Of a stretch of DNA of 64,000 bases, positions 49,041-63,390 are shown piece after piece. The position numbers and the translations under genes were made by a program. The stretch is from Paraphysomonas bandaiensis. Its lineage: Eukaryota; Protista; Chrysophyceae. The notes below the pieces were generated by a model. The model was not told the origin of the DNA. It was given only the letters and a program-made list of their open reading frames with translations, and ran no database searches. Where the stretch lies: the NCBI GenBank assembly GCA_965644295.1, contig CBFFRP010000144.1, positions 1 to 64,000 on the forward strand. The letters are read 5' to 3'. Within the stretch, counting starts at the first letter, position 1, and the number at the start of each line of letters is the position of its first letter.

Positions 49041-51485
49041 CTAAGCAAGTCTTTTGCTCTTATGAATCTGTCGAATTGTAGAACCATTCTGTGTCATATG
49101 TGCACGCCGCGTCTTCTGAGCATTGAAGAATGCCAGACTATCTGGGTCCTTCGACACGACCCTCTCCACTTCTAGGCGCTCAAAGGCCTCCTGGTCATCC
49201 AGCTGGTCAGAATCTTCCGGTGGACCACTTTTCGCATCATCCTTGAAGTCGAAAGTCTCTGCTGCCCTGGAGCTTCCGTATCCCATGTTCCACATGGCAA
49301 ACTCCTCAGCAAAGGTGTCCCTGGCCTCCTCTGCTGCCTCCTGAGCCTTGCTTAGAGCTGATTTGACTTTCATTAGTTGCTCGTAGCCGTTTTTGTAAGT
49401 ACGTTTTGCTTCTTTCAGTTCTTTCATGAGTGCAAACTCCTCCTCATCGATGATCTCGTCTGTGTCAGACACCTTAATTCCCGAGCTCTTGAGTAGTTCC
49501 ACTCGAGCTTTCTTGCACTCTGATAGCTTCGCCTGGAGGTCATCTATGGACTGCTTTGCCGCATTGACAGACTGCGTACATTCGCGGCTCTTAGCCTTGA
49601 GCTCCTTCAGCGTTTGCTTCGTAGATATAAGTCTGCTGTATAGCTTTTCTCCGTCAGTGCGGGCGAACGCATCAAGTGTTCTGGAAGACTTGGTATCTGC
49701 TCCGCGTCTGGTAGGGCTGTCCGCTCCGCTGCTTTCGTCTCCAGAGAACTCGACACGCTTGCTTGACTGCTTGATACTGGGAGAGGATGTGCTCTGGGGT
49801 TCTGCTGCCACCTTCGATTCAGCCCGCATAGTCGTATCAACAATACCTGTAGGAGCCGAGTCGGCGGCTGCAACTCCAAGGCCAAAACCAGTTCGAGAAT
49901 GTGGGTCGTCATCATCCTCTCCCACATATTGTACACCAGTACCGTTGCCATCTAGGCCACCCCCACCATCACCAGTATTAAATTCCCCTGTAGAACTAAG
50001 GAATTCCGAGCCACTAGAGAGAGCTCGACCACCTCCTGAGCCACCATAATATCTGCTCTCGCCATAATTAGCAAACGCTTCTTCCTTAGCTATACGGGTT
50101 TCTTCGCGGGAGGCCAGTACCATTTTCTTAAATTGTTTACAGACCTCGAGCATTTTACGAAAACTGTCAATATTTAGTGTATCTTCTTCCTCGATTTCAT
50201 TCGATTCGACGTAAGTTTCCAGCATCTGTCGGATACCCGCCTGCTGTTCCGGCGTATAGGGCTCATACCCGACACCAGCCCGTTCTACCAGCGCATCATG
50301 CATGAGTAACTCCTGTTTAAGTGCCTTTATCAACTTAGCTTGTTTACGTATAAGGGCCTGAGAGTCAACTGTTTCAACCGTCGAAGTCTCATTTTGTACT
50401 CTCATCATACGTGAAGCCAAGCGAAGGGTTGAGATCGTTTCTTCAAGATGATCCGCCTCGCCCCATATACAGGCAATCATGAGTGTGTTGCAATTCGACC
50501 CCAATGCATCTTTCAAAATAACTGTTAACTTCGATTGCCTGTACGGGATGTGCTGACTCCGTCTTGCAAGAGCGACCACACACTGCTCAAGATAGGTCAA
50601 AGACTGATTAATCGACATACTTTCCTTCCGCGTCACTTCATCAGAACCACGTCCATCTGGATTATCAAGAGTTTTCTTAAGCCTCTCAGATCCAGCGAGA
50701 TCGACCAAATGAAGCTTCGAGTGGATAACGCGCTCGTTAATACCAGATTTCTGGCGCTGTTGCACATACACAGTGAAAATAGAATGTGATCGGTTTGAAC
50801 GACGGTTTAATTTATGCTGGGCAGTTGTACGTGCAAGCTCCCCGCTGAAGAGTAGATTGAGAGCTTCACTCTCATTAAATATTTCTATTTCGTTGAGTCC
50901 ACGCACATGCACACCACGACCGTCTTTTTCTTCTGCAATGGTGTACTCTCCACCTTGATTTCGATCCGACAAATCCTTCAGCAGGTCGTATATCTTTTCA
51001 CCATATAACTCGAGATATGTACAAGATACACGGTACTCGTATTCCACTCGAGAGTTGATTTCACTGAAAAGCTGACCAAGGGCTCTTGGTGCCACTCCAC
51101 GGTGTTCATAGCTATGAGTATCTCCCATCTGTAGTACAGTTCAAACAAATGAGAGGATAAAATTAGTAGTACCAACCATGGTGAAAGTTTTCCCACTACC
51201 GGTTTGTCCATAACTCATGATCGCGCCGTTGATACCGTCCACTACACCCTGCACCGTATCTCTCGCAAACATGTCGTATATAGTCGACTGAGACGCATTG
51301 TGAAATATATGATCCAGTTTAAACTTGAAGCTGTTCTGTCTATTGTTGAGCATTCCCCCCGCCTCCTCCTCATGGTTTTGTGTTATCTGTATGATGTTCT
51401 GGTCCTCCGCTATCATGATGTTGTCTTGAGCGAAGTGGTGAGTGGGGCGGGTGCGCACACACACCTTCACCGCACTGCGCTTCAT
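49041..51485 (-). CDS. Kinesin-9 family motor (KIF9/KIF6-like), two coding exons
   Basis: VKVCVRTRP, YGQTGSGKTFTM, SNRSHSIF, LVDLAGSER, HIPYRQSKLT; kinesin-9-type LKQELLMHDAL and LAFFNA tail. Confidence 0.93.
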
Positions 51486-51931
51486 GCTTGCACCACTTGT
51501 AGAGGTAAGTAGGGACAGTGGATTAGCTGGGTAGTTGTTCTATATGTATGATATGCCTATTGCAGCGTTGTTAATACCATACACACATACACACGCAGTG
51601 CATAGACTTGCCTGCACATATACGCACATATACGCACATATACATAGACAACAGCAGCCCCTACAGCATCCAGCAGAGTAACGGAAACGGATAGATATAT
51701 CACGTAATATATTCACCTCCCGTAGTATCGCACCCGGTCAATGTAGAGTACACACACCAGTGCAGCAGTGTACACTGGGATCCTACAGCTGTACTGTAGT
51801 GTATACATACATACATATCTATCGTGTTACTGGAGGGGGTGCAGTGGATGGGCACTAACAGAGCAGAGCAGAGCAGAGCAGAGCAGCTCACTAACCACAA
51901 GACATACAGAACCACACTATCTCCTGAGGCT

Positions 51932-53361
51932 ATGAGTGTGGAGGTGATCTCTATCGTGTCGGCTGTTGTTGCTGTGGTGGCGACCATCATAATGAGTAAG
52001 CCCACTTCACCCTTACTGGATATGCATGTCCACCCATACATAGATAGATATACTAGTGCAGTGCAGTGCAGTGCAGTGTGTGTGTTTATACTAGTGGGTA
52101 TTCTCTGTATATGTGTGTGTATGTGTGTGTATCTGATCGCTTCTTGTCTCTTGTAGCTCTGATGTCATCAAATAAGAAGAAGGAGAAGAAGTTCTTCCCC
52201 ATAATGAAGGGACTGGCTACAGGCAATCCGAAATATAAGGTCACACAGAAGGACGCACTCAAAGTGGCTCTCAGAGCTCCCGGGTGCGAGGGTATCAGCA
52301 ATATCCTGGACCGAATCTACGCAAACTCCAGAATATCGACTCGTTATATGGCTGTACCAGACTTCACCCCTGAGCAGAATACAGATAATGAAGAATTGTT
52401 TTACACGGATGATAGCTTCAATGTAAGCATTCAAGACCGCATGGAGAAGTACAAGGAAGTTGCTGTGCCGTTAGTGGTAGATGTTTGCAAAAAAGCGATT
52501 GCTAATGCTGGAGTGAAGATATCGGACATTCATAAATTGATAGTTGTTTCCTCTACTGGTTTCCTTGGCCCGTCTCTGGACTGTGAAATTATTAAGTGTT
52601 TAGGTCTCCCACGAACCACCGACCGTTCACTAATTGGATTTATGGGTTGTGCTGCAGCGATGAATGGCTACCGTGTTGCAATGGATTACGTGAAGGCTCA
52701 CCCTGATAAATATGCGCTGTTAGTATGCGTGGAAATATCATCCGTGAATACCCACTTCAAAGACTCTACAAACAATGCAATTATTCATGCCATCTTTGCA
52801 GATGGTGCAGCCGCAGCTGTTGTTTCTGCTGTCGAGAAAGAAGAACTCAGAAAAGGCCAACTGGTAATATATGATGATCACTCCTGCTTAATGGATGGAA
52901 CTGAGGACGGCATCACCCTCTCTATCAATGATGATGGCATATCGTGCAAGTTGTCGAAGTTTCTCCCGCAGTATATTGCGAAGAACATGGTTGGTACAAT
53001 TAGATATCTCTTTTTGAAATAATAATTTGTGAAGGGTGGGTATGTTGACGACTTCTTGGGCAAACATGGACAAACTAGGGCGGATGTTGATTTTTGGGCT
53101 ATACATCCTGGGGGACGGCGTATCATTGAGGAGGCTCAGAATGGTCTGGGTGTGACGGAAGAGCAGGCGGCGGATTCCTGGGCTGTACTCAACGAATACG
53201 GGAATATGCTTTCCCCTTCAGTAATGTTTGTGTTGGAAAGAGTGTTTAAGCGTCATGAAGAGATGCTTGCTCGAGGCGAGGAGGGGTACAAGATGGGTCT
53301 TGCTTTCTCCTTCTCGCCGGGGGTTGGAGCGGAGGGTATCATGCTTCGTCAGGTTCAGTGA
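51932..53361 (+). CDS. Type III polyketide synthase (chalcone synthase-like), exons 51932-51995, 52157-52989, 53035-53361
   Basis: Catalytic triad GFMGCAA, WAIHPGG, EYGNMLS; FADGAAA; SFSPGVGAE. Confidence 0.95.
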
Positions 53362-54589
53362 CCTCAATCTGGGATTCTGCCAACCTCATTATATATATGT
53401 GTCATATGACTCTACAGCAAGATATATCACGACTGACTTATACATTACTGAGTATTTGCCATCTTCTACTATTACTACATATCTTTAAGTTTGTGTCATT
53501 AGTTATGCCGCTGGGTTGCTGCGAATTTTTGTAATAGCGCTACATGCTATATAAATTATTAATACATAATCTAAAATCGAATAATGTGTAATGCACTACA
53601 TTGACTACATATTGTAAGACGCTAGCCTTTTTAGTTGATAAAATGTAGCTCGAGAAAAAGGTGGCATTTCTCGTGGTGTGGACTGAGATGATATACGTTA
53701 CGTTTATATCTCTAATTCCAAATATATTAAAACCTGAGAGGGATAAATGTATTTACTCAAAATAGTACTCAATATTGAAAATCTGATTATTAAGAAGCGC
53801 AAGCTTGTGCGTTGCCGCGACCAACCTAACAACTCGCGCGACACTATGCATAACATGACTCTCATCTAGTTACTATTGCATGCACCGACAAGTGCTCAAC
53901 TATACAACACGATTTAGTTAGCTACATGGGCATACGACGAGTTGCGTGTTTAAGCCGGATCATACGCTCCTGCCCAATCTACTTGTCCTAACACAAACAA
54001 CTTGCGGTCGGTGTCTTCGGCATATGTCTCCTGTATATGCGGCAGATCTTTAGGGCCCTCTTCAAGGTGGTGTTCACAGCAGCAGGTAGTCTGGAAGGGA
54101 GAATAAAGTAGCTCTATAGCGCCGGGTCCTCCCACGGTCACGAAGCGGTCTCACTGGTGCAATTTTGCACACTGACGCATGAAACAGACATCTACCAAAA
54201 TCTGTTACAAATTCAAGCTGACTCCAATGTCTTCCCTCCATTGTGTGCACTCATCCAGCACATGCATCCACCTTGCACTCTTCTCCCGAGTGACTTACAC
54301 TAGTAGGAAACCGTGCACCTTCCCCGCTCGGATGAAAACCTACTAAGCAAGAATAACATAAAAGCACCACAAATGTACCTGACACTGCTTGGAGAACAGT
54401 GCCAGAGCCTTGATATAATCTCAATGACCTGGGTCAGGAGAAACCAAGACTAGGCAGTAGACGTGTGAGAAGACATGACAGGTCTAATCACATCATTGCC
54501 ATTGCCATGCATCTATGAGGAAAGTTTGACGCATTACCTCGGTCATTGGCCACACAGATACCGAATAATGTGAACTCATACTCAGCATC

Positions 54590-54848
54590 AATCACTCAAA
54601 GCAAACGCAGGGAGCAAGCAGAATGTTGATATACCTGACATCTGCTGACTTCAGGTGTTTTGAGTTCTTAAGGTGAACATCCCGGATGCTTAACTTCAGC
54701 AGGCAGCCCAATACCCCGGTTACCCTTCTGGTGGGCCCTGTCCCGGATGCCCTTGAGGTGGGCCCATTCCCGGATGCCTGTTTATTCGTCAGGGCCCAAA
54801 GACGTCTACACAAGTGACACTTATTAGTGTCCCTTGGTACCACACAAG
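54590..54848. repeat. Dispersed repeat, degenerate copy of the 63391-63649 LTR-like element
   Basis: Shares ATCACTCAAAGCAAA..GATATACCTGACATCTGCT..CAGGCAGCCCAATACCCCGG..GGGCCCAAAGAC with 63409-63570. A partial inverted copy lies at ~55997-56064. Confidence 0.8.
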
Positions 54849-56283
54849 CATTTGGCTATGAGTGGGCAGAAAAATATATCTGCTGACTATATATAGTGCT
54901 CAATACTCAATGCATGTTCTTGTAGGATGTCATCCACGAGTTATGATCATTTGTAAGCTGTTCTAAAACGAACAGCAATTATACGAATATATAACTCCGT
55001 AGAAGCCATAAAGCGATAAAGCCACAGAACTAAATCTATGTATTTTGCAATCTTAATTTTTATATAGAATAATTAGTTATTACATATTATACAAGAATGC
55101 GAATAGTATATAAAGGAATTATTAGTATTATTTTTAATTTCAAAATTGGTTTCATATAGAAGTGTGCAATAATGTGACCGACCACACAGCATATTTGGTG
55201 ATACGCAAATGTGCATGATTTGTATGATCGAAATATTATAATGGAAACGAAATTTAGATATAAGCAAATTATTGTAAGAGCTTAATGGAAACGAGGCGTA
55301 TAGTTAGCTAATATTAATTAATTTATATATATCTGCGATCGTACATACGCTATATATTCGTAAGAGTATATCTCTGGTAAACAGGGCTCTAGGAAATTAT
55401 ATTAGTCGATGATCTAGAGAAATATTTAAAGTACTGTTATATTGATTGTACTTACAATTATTGAACAATATACATTATATTGTGTCATTGCGATAGTATT
55501 ATATTGTTGCACTGGTTAGAAAAGTGTCTTACAACAGATTAAGTCTGTGGCATGACCAAACCTGCAGGTCAACTGGTTTGACCAGGTATTTAGTATTTGT
55601 AATAGTGTGTACCTAGAGTTTATGAAGTGGTTGTATATGGTAAAGAGTGGTAATAAGTATTAAAAACAAAAAGCTTTAAGAGTGTCATTAGACTTATTAT
55701 AATTATCATATAATATTAAGTTCTCTTGTCCTGCTGGTATACATGTATGTGTTGAGCTGCATGTGTCTGTAGATTTGTTACTATGTTGCATACAAAATTT
55801 GAAATAGAAGTAACACAGTACTGAGAAATAAAAAATATTATAATATTCGTTAATTGGGAATAATACATATAAGAAAACGAATAGGTGATAGATATAGGAT
55901 ATAGTATTATGATTATAACTATAAGAAATCAGTTTTAAAATTTGCATTTGCGATCTTAAAACCAAAGCTGAGCGGTAAACCTTTATGTATTGTGCGCCCG
56001 GTGTATTGGGCTGTTCACCTAAAGGACTTCAAAATCCTGAAGTTAGCAGATGTCAGGTGTCAGCTTATATTAACTAAATCCAACAAACTTATATTCAGCT
56101 CCGATGAAAACAAGTTATATTATTACTATAATACGATAACATAAGAATGATATGCATGAGGCACACCATACATGAAGTAAAAACCAACTACTCTGTAGCT
56201 GTTACTGAAAACACTAACGTCACAACTCAGCAGCAGCCCGCTTTTCAATCACAACACGATATATTATCAATTCAACAACCTCT

Positions 56284-58875
56284 CTAGCAACTATTATCTG
56301 CCAAGAATTTGACAAACCGTTTAGCGTAACTGACTGAATCAACAGAGCTGATTTGCGAAACATCGTTAGTCATGCCCTACATCAGCAGTGGTGAGAACGG
56401 AAAAACATAAACCATACTGTAGTACCTTGATCCATGTTTCTGCACGTTTCGATGCATTATACTGTTGAAGAATGTCAATGATACCGACATAGTAAATTTC
56501 GTCTCCTCGGCGCTCGTTTTCAAGGCGAGCATTAATTCCGGCATCAGACCTGCTCGTCCACGGGTGAACCATGGCTGCTCCTGGACCAAATGTGAGGCGT
56601 CTAGTTGATATCATCTCCTTCTCAGCATTTCGAGAGAGATCAGCGAGATCCTGTTTCTGGTTAAAAAGAGCTCGCACAGCGCGCCCTTCTTCTCCAGTTA
56701 TGCCCAGGCCAGTACCACTGTTCTTTTTATCAGCAGACACAGTGTCATCTTCCGCACCAGACTCGGTCCGCGCGAAGCGAGGCCCCATTTTACTGTCCGG
56801 AGTGTCAGGGATGGCAGCAGTTACGTCATTGTATCGGCCAGATGGCGACGGCTCATCCTTTGTATCAACACCGTCGCCTTCTTCCACTCCTTCCACATGC
56901 AACTCAAACAGCGCACAGGAGTCGGCCATTGATTCGTACAGCTTAAGTACACTGTCATCAAAATCCACGTCGCTGTCTCCATCATCCGCTTCAAGGTAAT
57001 CCTCATCCCCGTCTTCATATTCATACATATCGAGGTCAGAGGGTGCGTCCGAAACAACACTAGCATCTTCTTGTGATCGCTGATCGACAATATTGGACTC
57101 CTCACTAACCAGTCGCTCACGCTGGGACGCCGTCTCGGGGTCTGTCAATTGCTCGGCTACTCCGTTGAGCAGATCCTGTGTAGTAGCCTGCGGAGGCCTT
57201 TCGTTTAATGCAGCTGACATGCGGCGCGCGTTTGCCTGTTTGCTGACTCGTCTCCTAGCTGCGTTGGACGGAAGTATCAGGGACTTGGAACGAGGACGTA
57301 GCGAAGGGTTGTGCTCAGGAGGCGGGGCATCAGGAGATATTACTTCTCCTGAGCCAACGGAGAACTGCTTTAACATATCCACGTCTCCTGGGACACTTCT
57401 GCTCCTGTTAGAAGACCCTCCAGTACTGGACATGCTTGACTTATCCCTGCAAGGGGATGCCTCAACTCTTCTAAACGGTGTTTTAGACCGAACACTGGAT
57501 ACGTGGGTCTGCTGTTGTTGTGGTTGGTTGGACTCCTCCGACTTCGAATGTGGAATGGACTTGACCTCCTGCTCCAAGGGCTCCTGTGGAAGGTACCGAG
57601 ATGACCTGTGATGAATTCCGACAAGCAGGGAATAGTCCATAATATTTAACTTAGACAAAAATGTGGCATCTTTTTCAATCTGAGTGAGGAAGAGTTGTCT
57701 CTTAGAACCCAACTTAAGCTTGACACCGTCGTCAATGAGATCGTTATCTTTCAATACACCCCCCACAGCCCTATCATGCGCAGAAGCTGTTCGCCCTATG
57801 ACACTACCTTTAAGGTCGTATATTTTATTTATTGGCTCGGGAGTGTCAAACACACTACCCATTATCACAAAGTGGACTTTGCGGTTTAGATGGTACATCT
57901 TAACGCGGTGCATGCCGTATATACGCACGAGAAATGTGTGAGGATTTTCAGTCACGTAGCGATAATAGTGTGGTAAGATGCGCTTCATGAACTTGTTTTC
58001 CTCATTCGTCTGTGTCTTTATCATATATCGTCCATCGTGTGAGTAGAAGAAAAATTGCCCACTCTTAGAATTCGATATAAATTCTAAGTAATTGTAGTTT
58101 CCTGAAACAAGAGATAGTCACATACCAACAACAAAGCGACGGATAAAACTACCGCAGACAGAGAGCATGTAGCTCACTGAGTCGACGCCAAAGAAATCCC
58201 GTATCCTTGAAAACACAAGTGGCGCATATGTCTTGAACTTGAAAGTATGAGCCAGTTGGTGTGGAGGAGTGCGGAATGGCCCATGACTATTTCCCTTTGG
58301 CGGAAAGCTAATTTTCTCAACATAGCTAAAGTCTCCTAATGCAAGGTTCTGTGTGGGAGTCATGCTGGAGCGTCCAACCTGTTCTGAACCATAAGATACG
58401 TACAAATAGATTCGTTAACTTCCATACCGCACAACGCATGCCCAGCATCATGCCTGCCGTGAGAGTATACAGCTCGTGGACTCCATCGATAACCTTGCCT
58501 TTAAAATTTCTACTGAATCGTTTGTCTTTCTTTTTTCTTTTGAAACCCATTGTGACATTTTTAACTTTAGGATGTTTGATGCCTTTTATTTTCCTGATGC
58601 CTTTCGCGAGTCTTGATATCTTAACCTCCGCATTAGCTGTGAAATAGTCAGAACAACTGAACATAACACACATCGACTTATCTCAGCTCACCTTGCAGAG
58701 CCTCTGCTGCTGGAGTCCCCTCCGCCGGCGGAACAAAAGAAAACATCGGATCCGACTCCTCTGGATGCTCTGTATCGCTATCTGCTCGTGTGGTGACTGT
58801 TGCAGTGGGCGCTAAGTTTTTACTCATCGCATTAATGCTCTGCGGCTGAAGCACAGGACTGCTCGCCTCTGACAT
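56284..58875 (-). CDS. Phosphatidylinositol-4-phosphate 5-kinase family protein, multi-exon
   Basis: FKFKTYAPLVF, SNSKSGQFFFYSHDGRYMIKT, YDLKGS, LKDND, IMDYSLLVG, VGIIDILQQY, ISSVDSVSYAKRF. Confidence 0.95.
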
Positions 58876-59517
58876 ACTCTGCGGGTGTGGGGGCTGCAGG
58901 GTATGTGGGTGTGATATGGTGGGGTGGGGAGACTTTACGGCATAAACTCAGATGGTGTTAATGAGAGTGCTGTGAGCTGAGTGGGGTGTGTGTGTATGAT
59001 AGTTATGTAGAGCTGACTATACATGGCTGACTACCGCCTCCTCCACTGCCTCTGCATACAGCAGTGTAGTGGAGTATATAGAAGAATACTGCATAGAAAG
59101 AATGTTGCCGAATATTTCAACCAATATGCAGCAGTATACCGCGGTAGTATACTGTCTGCTGTGTGTTGGTGTGTATGTATGTGTATATATAACAGTATTG
59201 TGTATACCGTATACCGTACACAGTACAGCGTAGTGCTGTATGTTCCTAGCAGCGCTGCTGTAGGGTGCACTATAGTGTATGTATATGTACATGTATATGT
59301 AGGTGTATGTATATGTAGGTGTATGTATATGTATGTAGCACACTGATAACACCACAGAGAAGTAGCTCGACATATACATGCATCGCATATCTCCACATGC
59401 AGCTACACTATTAACAGACAAGCTGAACAATACCTCTACCCCTCATTCTCTCTGTTCCATCTCTCCGTGTGCTATACTTCGCAGGCCTGTAAGTCTGTCA
59501 GTCTGTCTCTGTGTCGG

Positions 59518-62500
59518 ATGTCTCGCGAAGATATGGCCGAAAACAACACTGCAATAAGATCCGATTGGGGATCATTTGAAGATATAATAATGAGCGAAGA
59601 GGACCACCCACAGCACTCCCATACTAATCAACCCACAGCTGGAGAGGAGGCGTCCCCCGCAACTAAAACTGGAGACAAAGATGATGCCTGCGGAGCGTTT
59701 GATGGCGGCGGTAGTGCAACTGAGACTAAGATGGATGGCGGTGATGTCTTATCGGAAGCAGCCGATGATGTCGATAACACTGAAGATGATGTCTGGGGTG
59801 AATTTGATGGCAGCGGTAGTGCAACTGAGACTAAGATGGAAGGCGATGAGGTATCACCGGAAGCTGTCGATAACAATGAAGATAATGTATGTGCTGAGTT
59901 TGATGGCGGCGGTAGTGCAACTGAGACTAAGGCGGAAGGCGATGAGGTATCACCGGAAGCAGCCGAAGCTGTCGACAACAATGAAGATAATGTATGTGCT
60001 GAGTTTGATGGCGGCGGTAGTGCAACTGAGACTAAGATGGATGGCGGTGATGTCTTACCGGAAGCAGCCGATGATGTCGATAACACTGAAGATGATGTCT
60101 GGGGTGAATTTGATGGCAGCGGTAGTGCAACTGAGACTAAGGCGGAAGGCGATGAGGTATCACCGGAAGCAGCCGAAGCTGTCGACAACAATGAAGATAA
60201 TGTATGTGCTGAGTTTGATGGCGGCGGTAGTGCAACTGAGACTAATATGGATGGCGGTGATGTCTCACCGGAAGCAGCCGATGATGTCGATAACACTAAA
60301 GATGATGTCTGGGGTGAATTTGATGGCAGCGGTAGTGCAACTGAGACTAAGGCGGAAGGCTATGAGGTATCACCGGAAGCAGCCGAAGCTGTCGACAACA
60401 ATGAAGATAATGCATGTGCTGAGTTTGATGGCGGCGGTAGTGCAACTGAGACTAATATGGATGGCGGTGATGTCTCACCGGAAGCAGCCGATGATGTCGA
60501 TAACACTAAAGATGATGTCTGGGGTGAATTTGATGGCAGCGGTAGTGCAACTGAGACTAAGGCGGAAGGCTATGAGGTATCACCGGAAGCAGCCGAAGCT
60601 GTCGACAACAATGAAGATAATGTATGTGCTGAGTTTGATGGCGGCGGTAGTGCAACTGAGACTAATATGGAAGGCGGTGATGTCTTACCGGAAGCAGCCG
60701 ATGATGTCGATAACACTAAAGATGATGTCTGGGGTGAATTTGATGGCAGCGGTAGTGCAACTGAGACTAAGGCGGAAGGCGATGAGGTATCACCGGAAGC
60801 AGCCGAAGCTGTCGATAACAATGAAGATAATGCATGTGCTGAGTTTGATGGCGGCGGTAGTGCAACTGAGACTAATATGGATGGCGGTGATGTCTCACCG
60901 GAAGCAGCCGATGATGTCGATAACACTAAAGATGATGTCTGGGGTGAATTTGATGGCAGCGGTAGTGCAACTGAGACTAAGGTGGAAGGCTATGAGGTAT
61001 CACCGGAAGCAGCCGAAGCTGTCGACAACAATGAAGATAATGTATGTGCTGAGTTTGATGGCGGCGGTAGTGCAACTGAGACTAATATGGATGGCGGTGA
61101 TGTCTCACCGGAAGCAGCCGATGATGTCGATAACACTAAAGATGATGTCTGGGGTGAATTTGATGGCAGCGGTAGTGCAACTGAGACTAAGATGGATGGC
61201 GATGATGTCTTACCGGAAGCAGCCGATGATGTCGATAGCACTGAAGATGATGTCTGGGGTGAATTTGATGGCAGCGGTAGTGCAACTGAGACTAAGGTGG
61301 AACGCGATGAGGTATCACCGGAAGCAGCCGATGTTGTTGGTGATGATATGCAGAATAAAGTCGATGTCGTCGAGAGTACTAAAGATGATGCCTGGGGTGA
61401 GTTTGATGGCAACGGGAATTCGACTGAGACTACGGTACAAGGCGGCGTGGTATCACCGGAATCAGCCGATGTTTTTGGTGATGATGCGAAGAGTAAAGTC
61501 GATGTTGTCGATAGCACTGAAGATGATGTCTGGGGTGAATTTGATGGCAGCGGTAGTGCTACTGAGACTAAGGTGGAACGCGATGAGGTATCACCGGAAG
61601 CACCCGATGTTGTTGGTGATGATATGCAGAATAAAGTCGATGTCGTGGAGAGTACTAAAGATGATTCCTGGGGTGAGTTTAATGGCAATCGCAGGGGTGG
61701 GTATTCGGTTAACACAATTTTTGTAGTTGAGGATGATGAAGAATGGGGTGATTTTGATGAGCCCTGCACTTCTTCGGACCCAGCCGTTTTATCCAGTACA
61801 GACTTTAAGAATGAAGAGGAAGACGATGAAGACTGGGGTGATTTTGATGAGCCTGTGAGTACCGGTGATAATAATGGAGAATGCGATGTTGAGGATGAGT
61901 TCGGAGACTTTGATGGACCTGCTGTTTCAAACACCAATGAGTCTCTAGTATCTCAGTCCGGAGCTGGTAATGCTGTATAAATTTTTGTCATGGCGAAATC
62001 TAAGTGTATGACAACGTATACTACCACAGATGGTGATGTATGCAAGGAATCGACGGTTGAAAACGGTGCGCACGAACATGTCCTCGACTTTATCGGAGGT
62101 AATAGTCGAAGTTTATTTGATGAGGTATTGAATATGGATGACACATGCACTGTAGTGACAAGCGTTTGTAGAGTACTATGTCAGAAATGATTGTGAATCA
62201 ATCGCGAATTGTCAGTGTGAGTGGGATCCACTTGAAAATCGTGACCGTTGATCAGAATATATATCCCACAAGATTAAATGTCTCAGAATTCAACCAGTAC
62301 TTTAGTGATTCCACACGAGTGAGTATTTATCTTGTGTTCATTGCGGTGGAAACCCTAATTGTGTTGTTACCCAGCTCGGTGAGTTTCCTCAGGGTTTATC
62401 TGTTCAAAGTCCTTCTCGAGCGTCCACATCTACTACTCCAACAACTGACTGGACTGTTCGCTGCGTCAGTAGCATTCTGAAAGACACCATTCCAGATGAT

Positions 62501-62959
62501 GCTGCTGATATATCCGTGGCCAAGGATCCTATGTTTTCTGCCACCAAACCACTAGCCAAGTTATCATCTCGACAACCTAATCCAGCCGCAGAAGAGAAAG
62601 GTCCCCTCCATAGCAACACAGGTTGACTACTGTGATGTTATACATATACCATAATAACGGCTTTAACACGCATAGGATCGCCCACAACTCCACAACCGGT
62701 GGAGTGTGACCTCGATGTACCTCTTCATACTTCTCAGCAGAACGTGCCAATTCATAAGTTGTCGCACATTGAAGCTCAGCAATCATCACCTGCAAATCTG
62801 ATATCTGGAATTGCAACCACTCAAGTATCTAAACCTGACACGTGGTCAGAAAACAATAGTGTGACAGCGTTGTCTTCTGCCGCTGAACAATACTTGCGGT
62901 CTCTCCCGGATTTGTGGTATATGCTTATTCCACCTATCATTGAAAATGCGAAAGAATAA
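59518..62959 (+). CDS. Aftiphilin-like acidic adaptor-binding protein, probably multi-exon
   Basis: Many acidic WGEF/WGDF/FGDF motifs; the downstream exon ends YLRSLPDLWYML, resembling the aftiphilin C-terminus. Exon structure at 61970-62680 is unresolved. Confidence 0.65.
59690..61690 (+). repeat. Coding tandem repeat of 90-bp units, alternating as a 180-bp dimer
   Basis: DDVWGEFDGSGSATETK alternates with DNVCAEFDGGGSATET. Confidence 0.97.
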
Positions 62960-63390
62960 TATATGATTCGTTAAACGGGTAGTGTTGTCCATACGACTTG
63001 AAATGAAGCGTAGAGATAGTGTACTTTTGTACGACTATTGTCAAGCGTAGTTATACATGTTTAATAACCAGATGTTCGTGTAGTATGTCTCACTGCTGCA
63101 ATCACCTGAAACTAGTGTTTAGCGCAGGTTGAAATCGGAAGTTCCTCACACTACATGTACGTTGAATGTACATGTACAAAGATAGAAAAAATATCGCTGT
63201 AGACCACTACTAATTCAGAATTTATAATAATAATATGTAGTGGTGAATGTCTGATTATTAGCAATAGGCGTTGAAGAGCCTGAACTAATGTAGCAAAACA
63301 ATTTAACTAACTAGTGCTTAACTCTGATATCCTACTAGCTAACTAGTTAACGCTACGAAAGCTGCTTGTGGGTCACCGCAAGCGCGTAAG

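Noticed and set aside
53950-54200. Short coding-like fragment downstream of the PKS
   Set aside because: No recognisable motif, so it does not support a biosynthetic cluster.
59628-61937. Long alternative-frame and antisense ORFs
   Set aside because: Expected by-products of a stop-free coding tandem repeat.
63330-63385. Hairpin plus CTAG resembling a Helitron 3' end on the minus strand
   Set aside because: Spacing is atypical, and no 5' end or second copy is visible.
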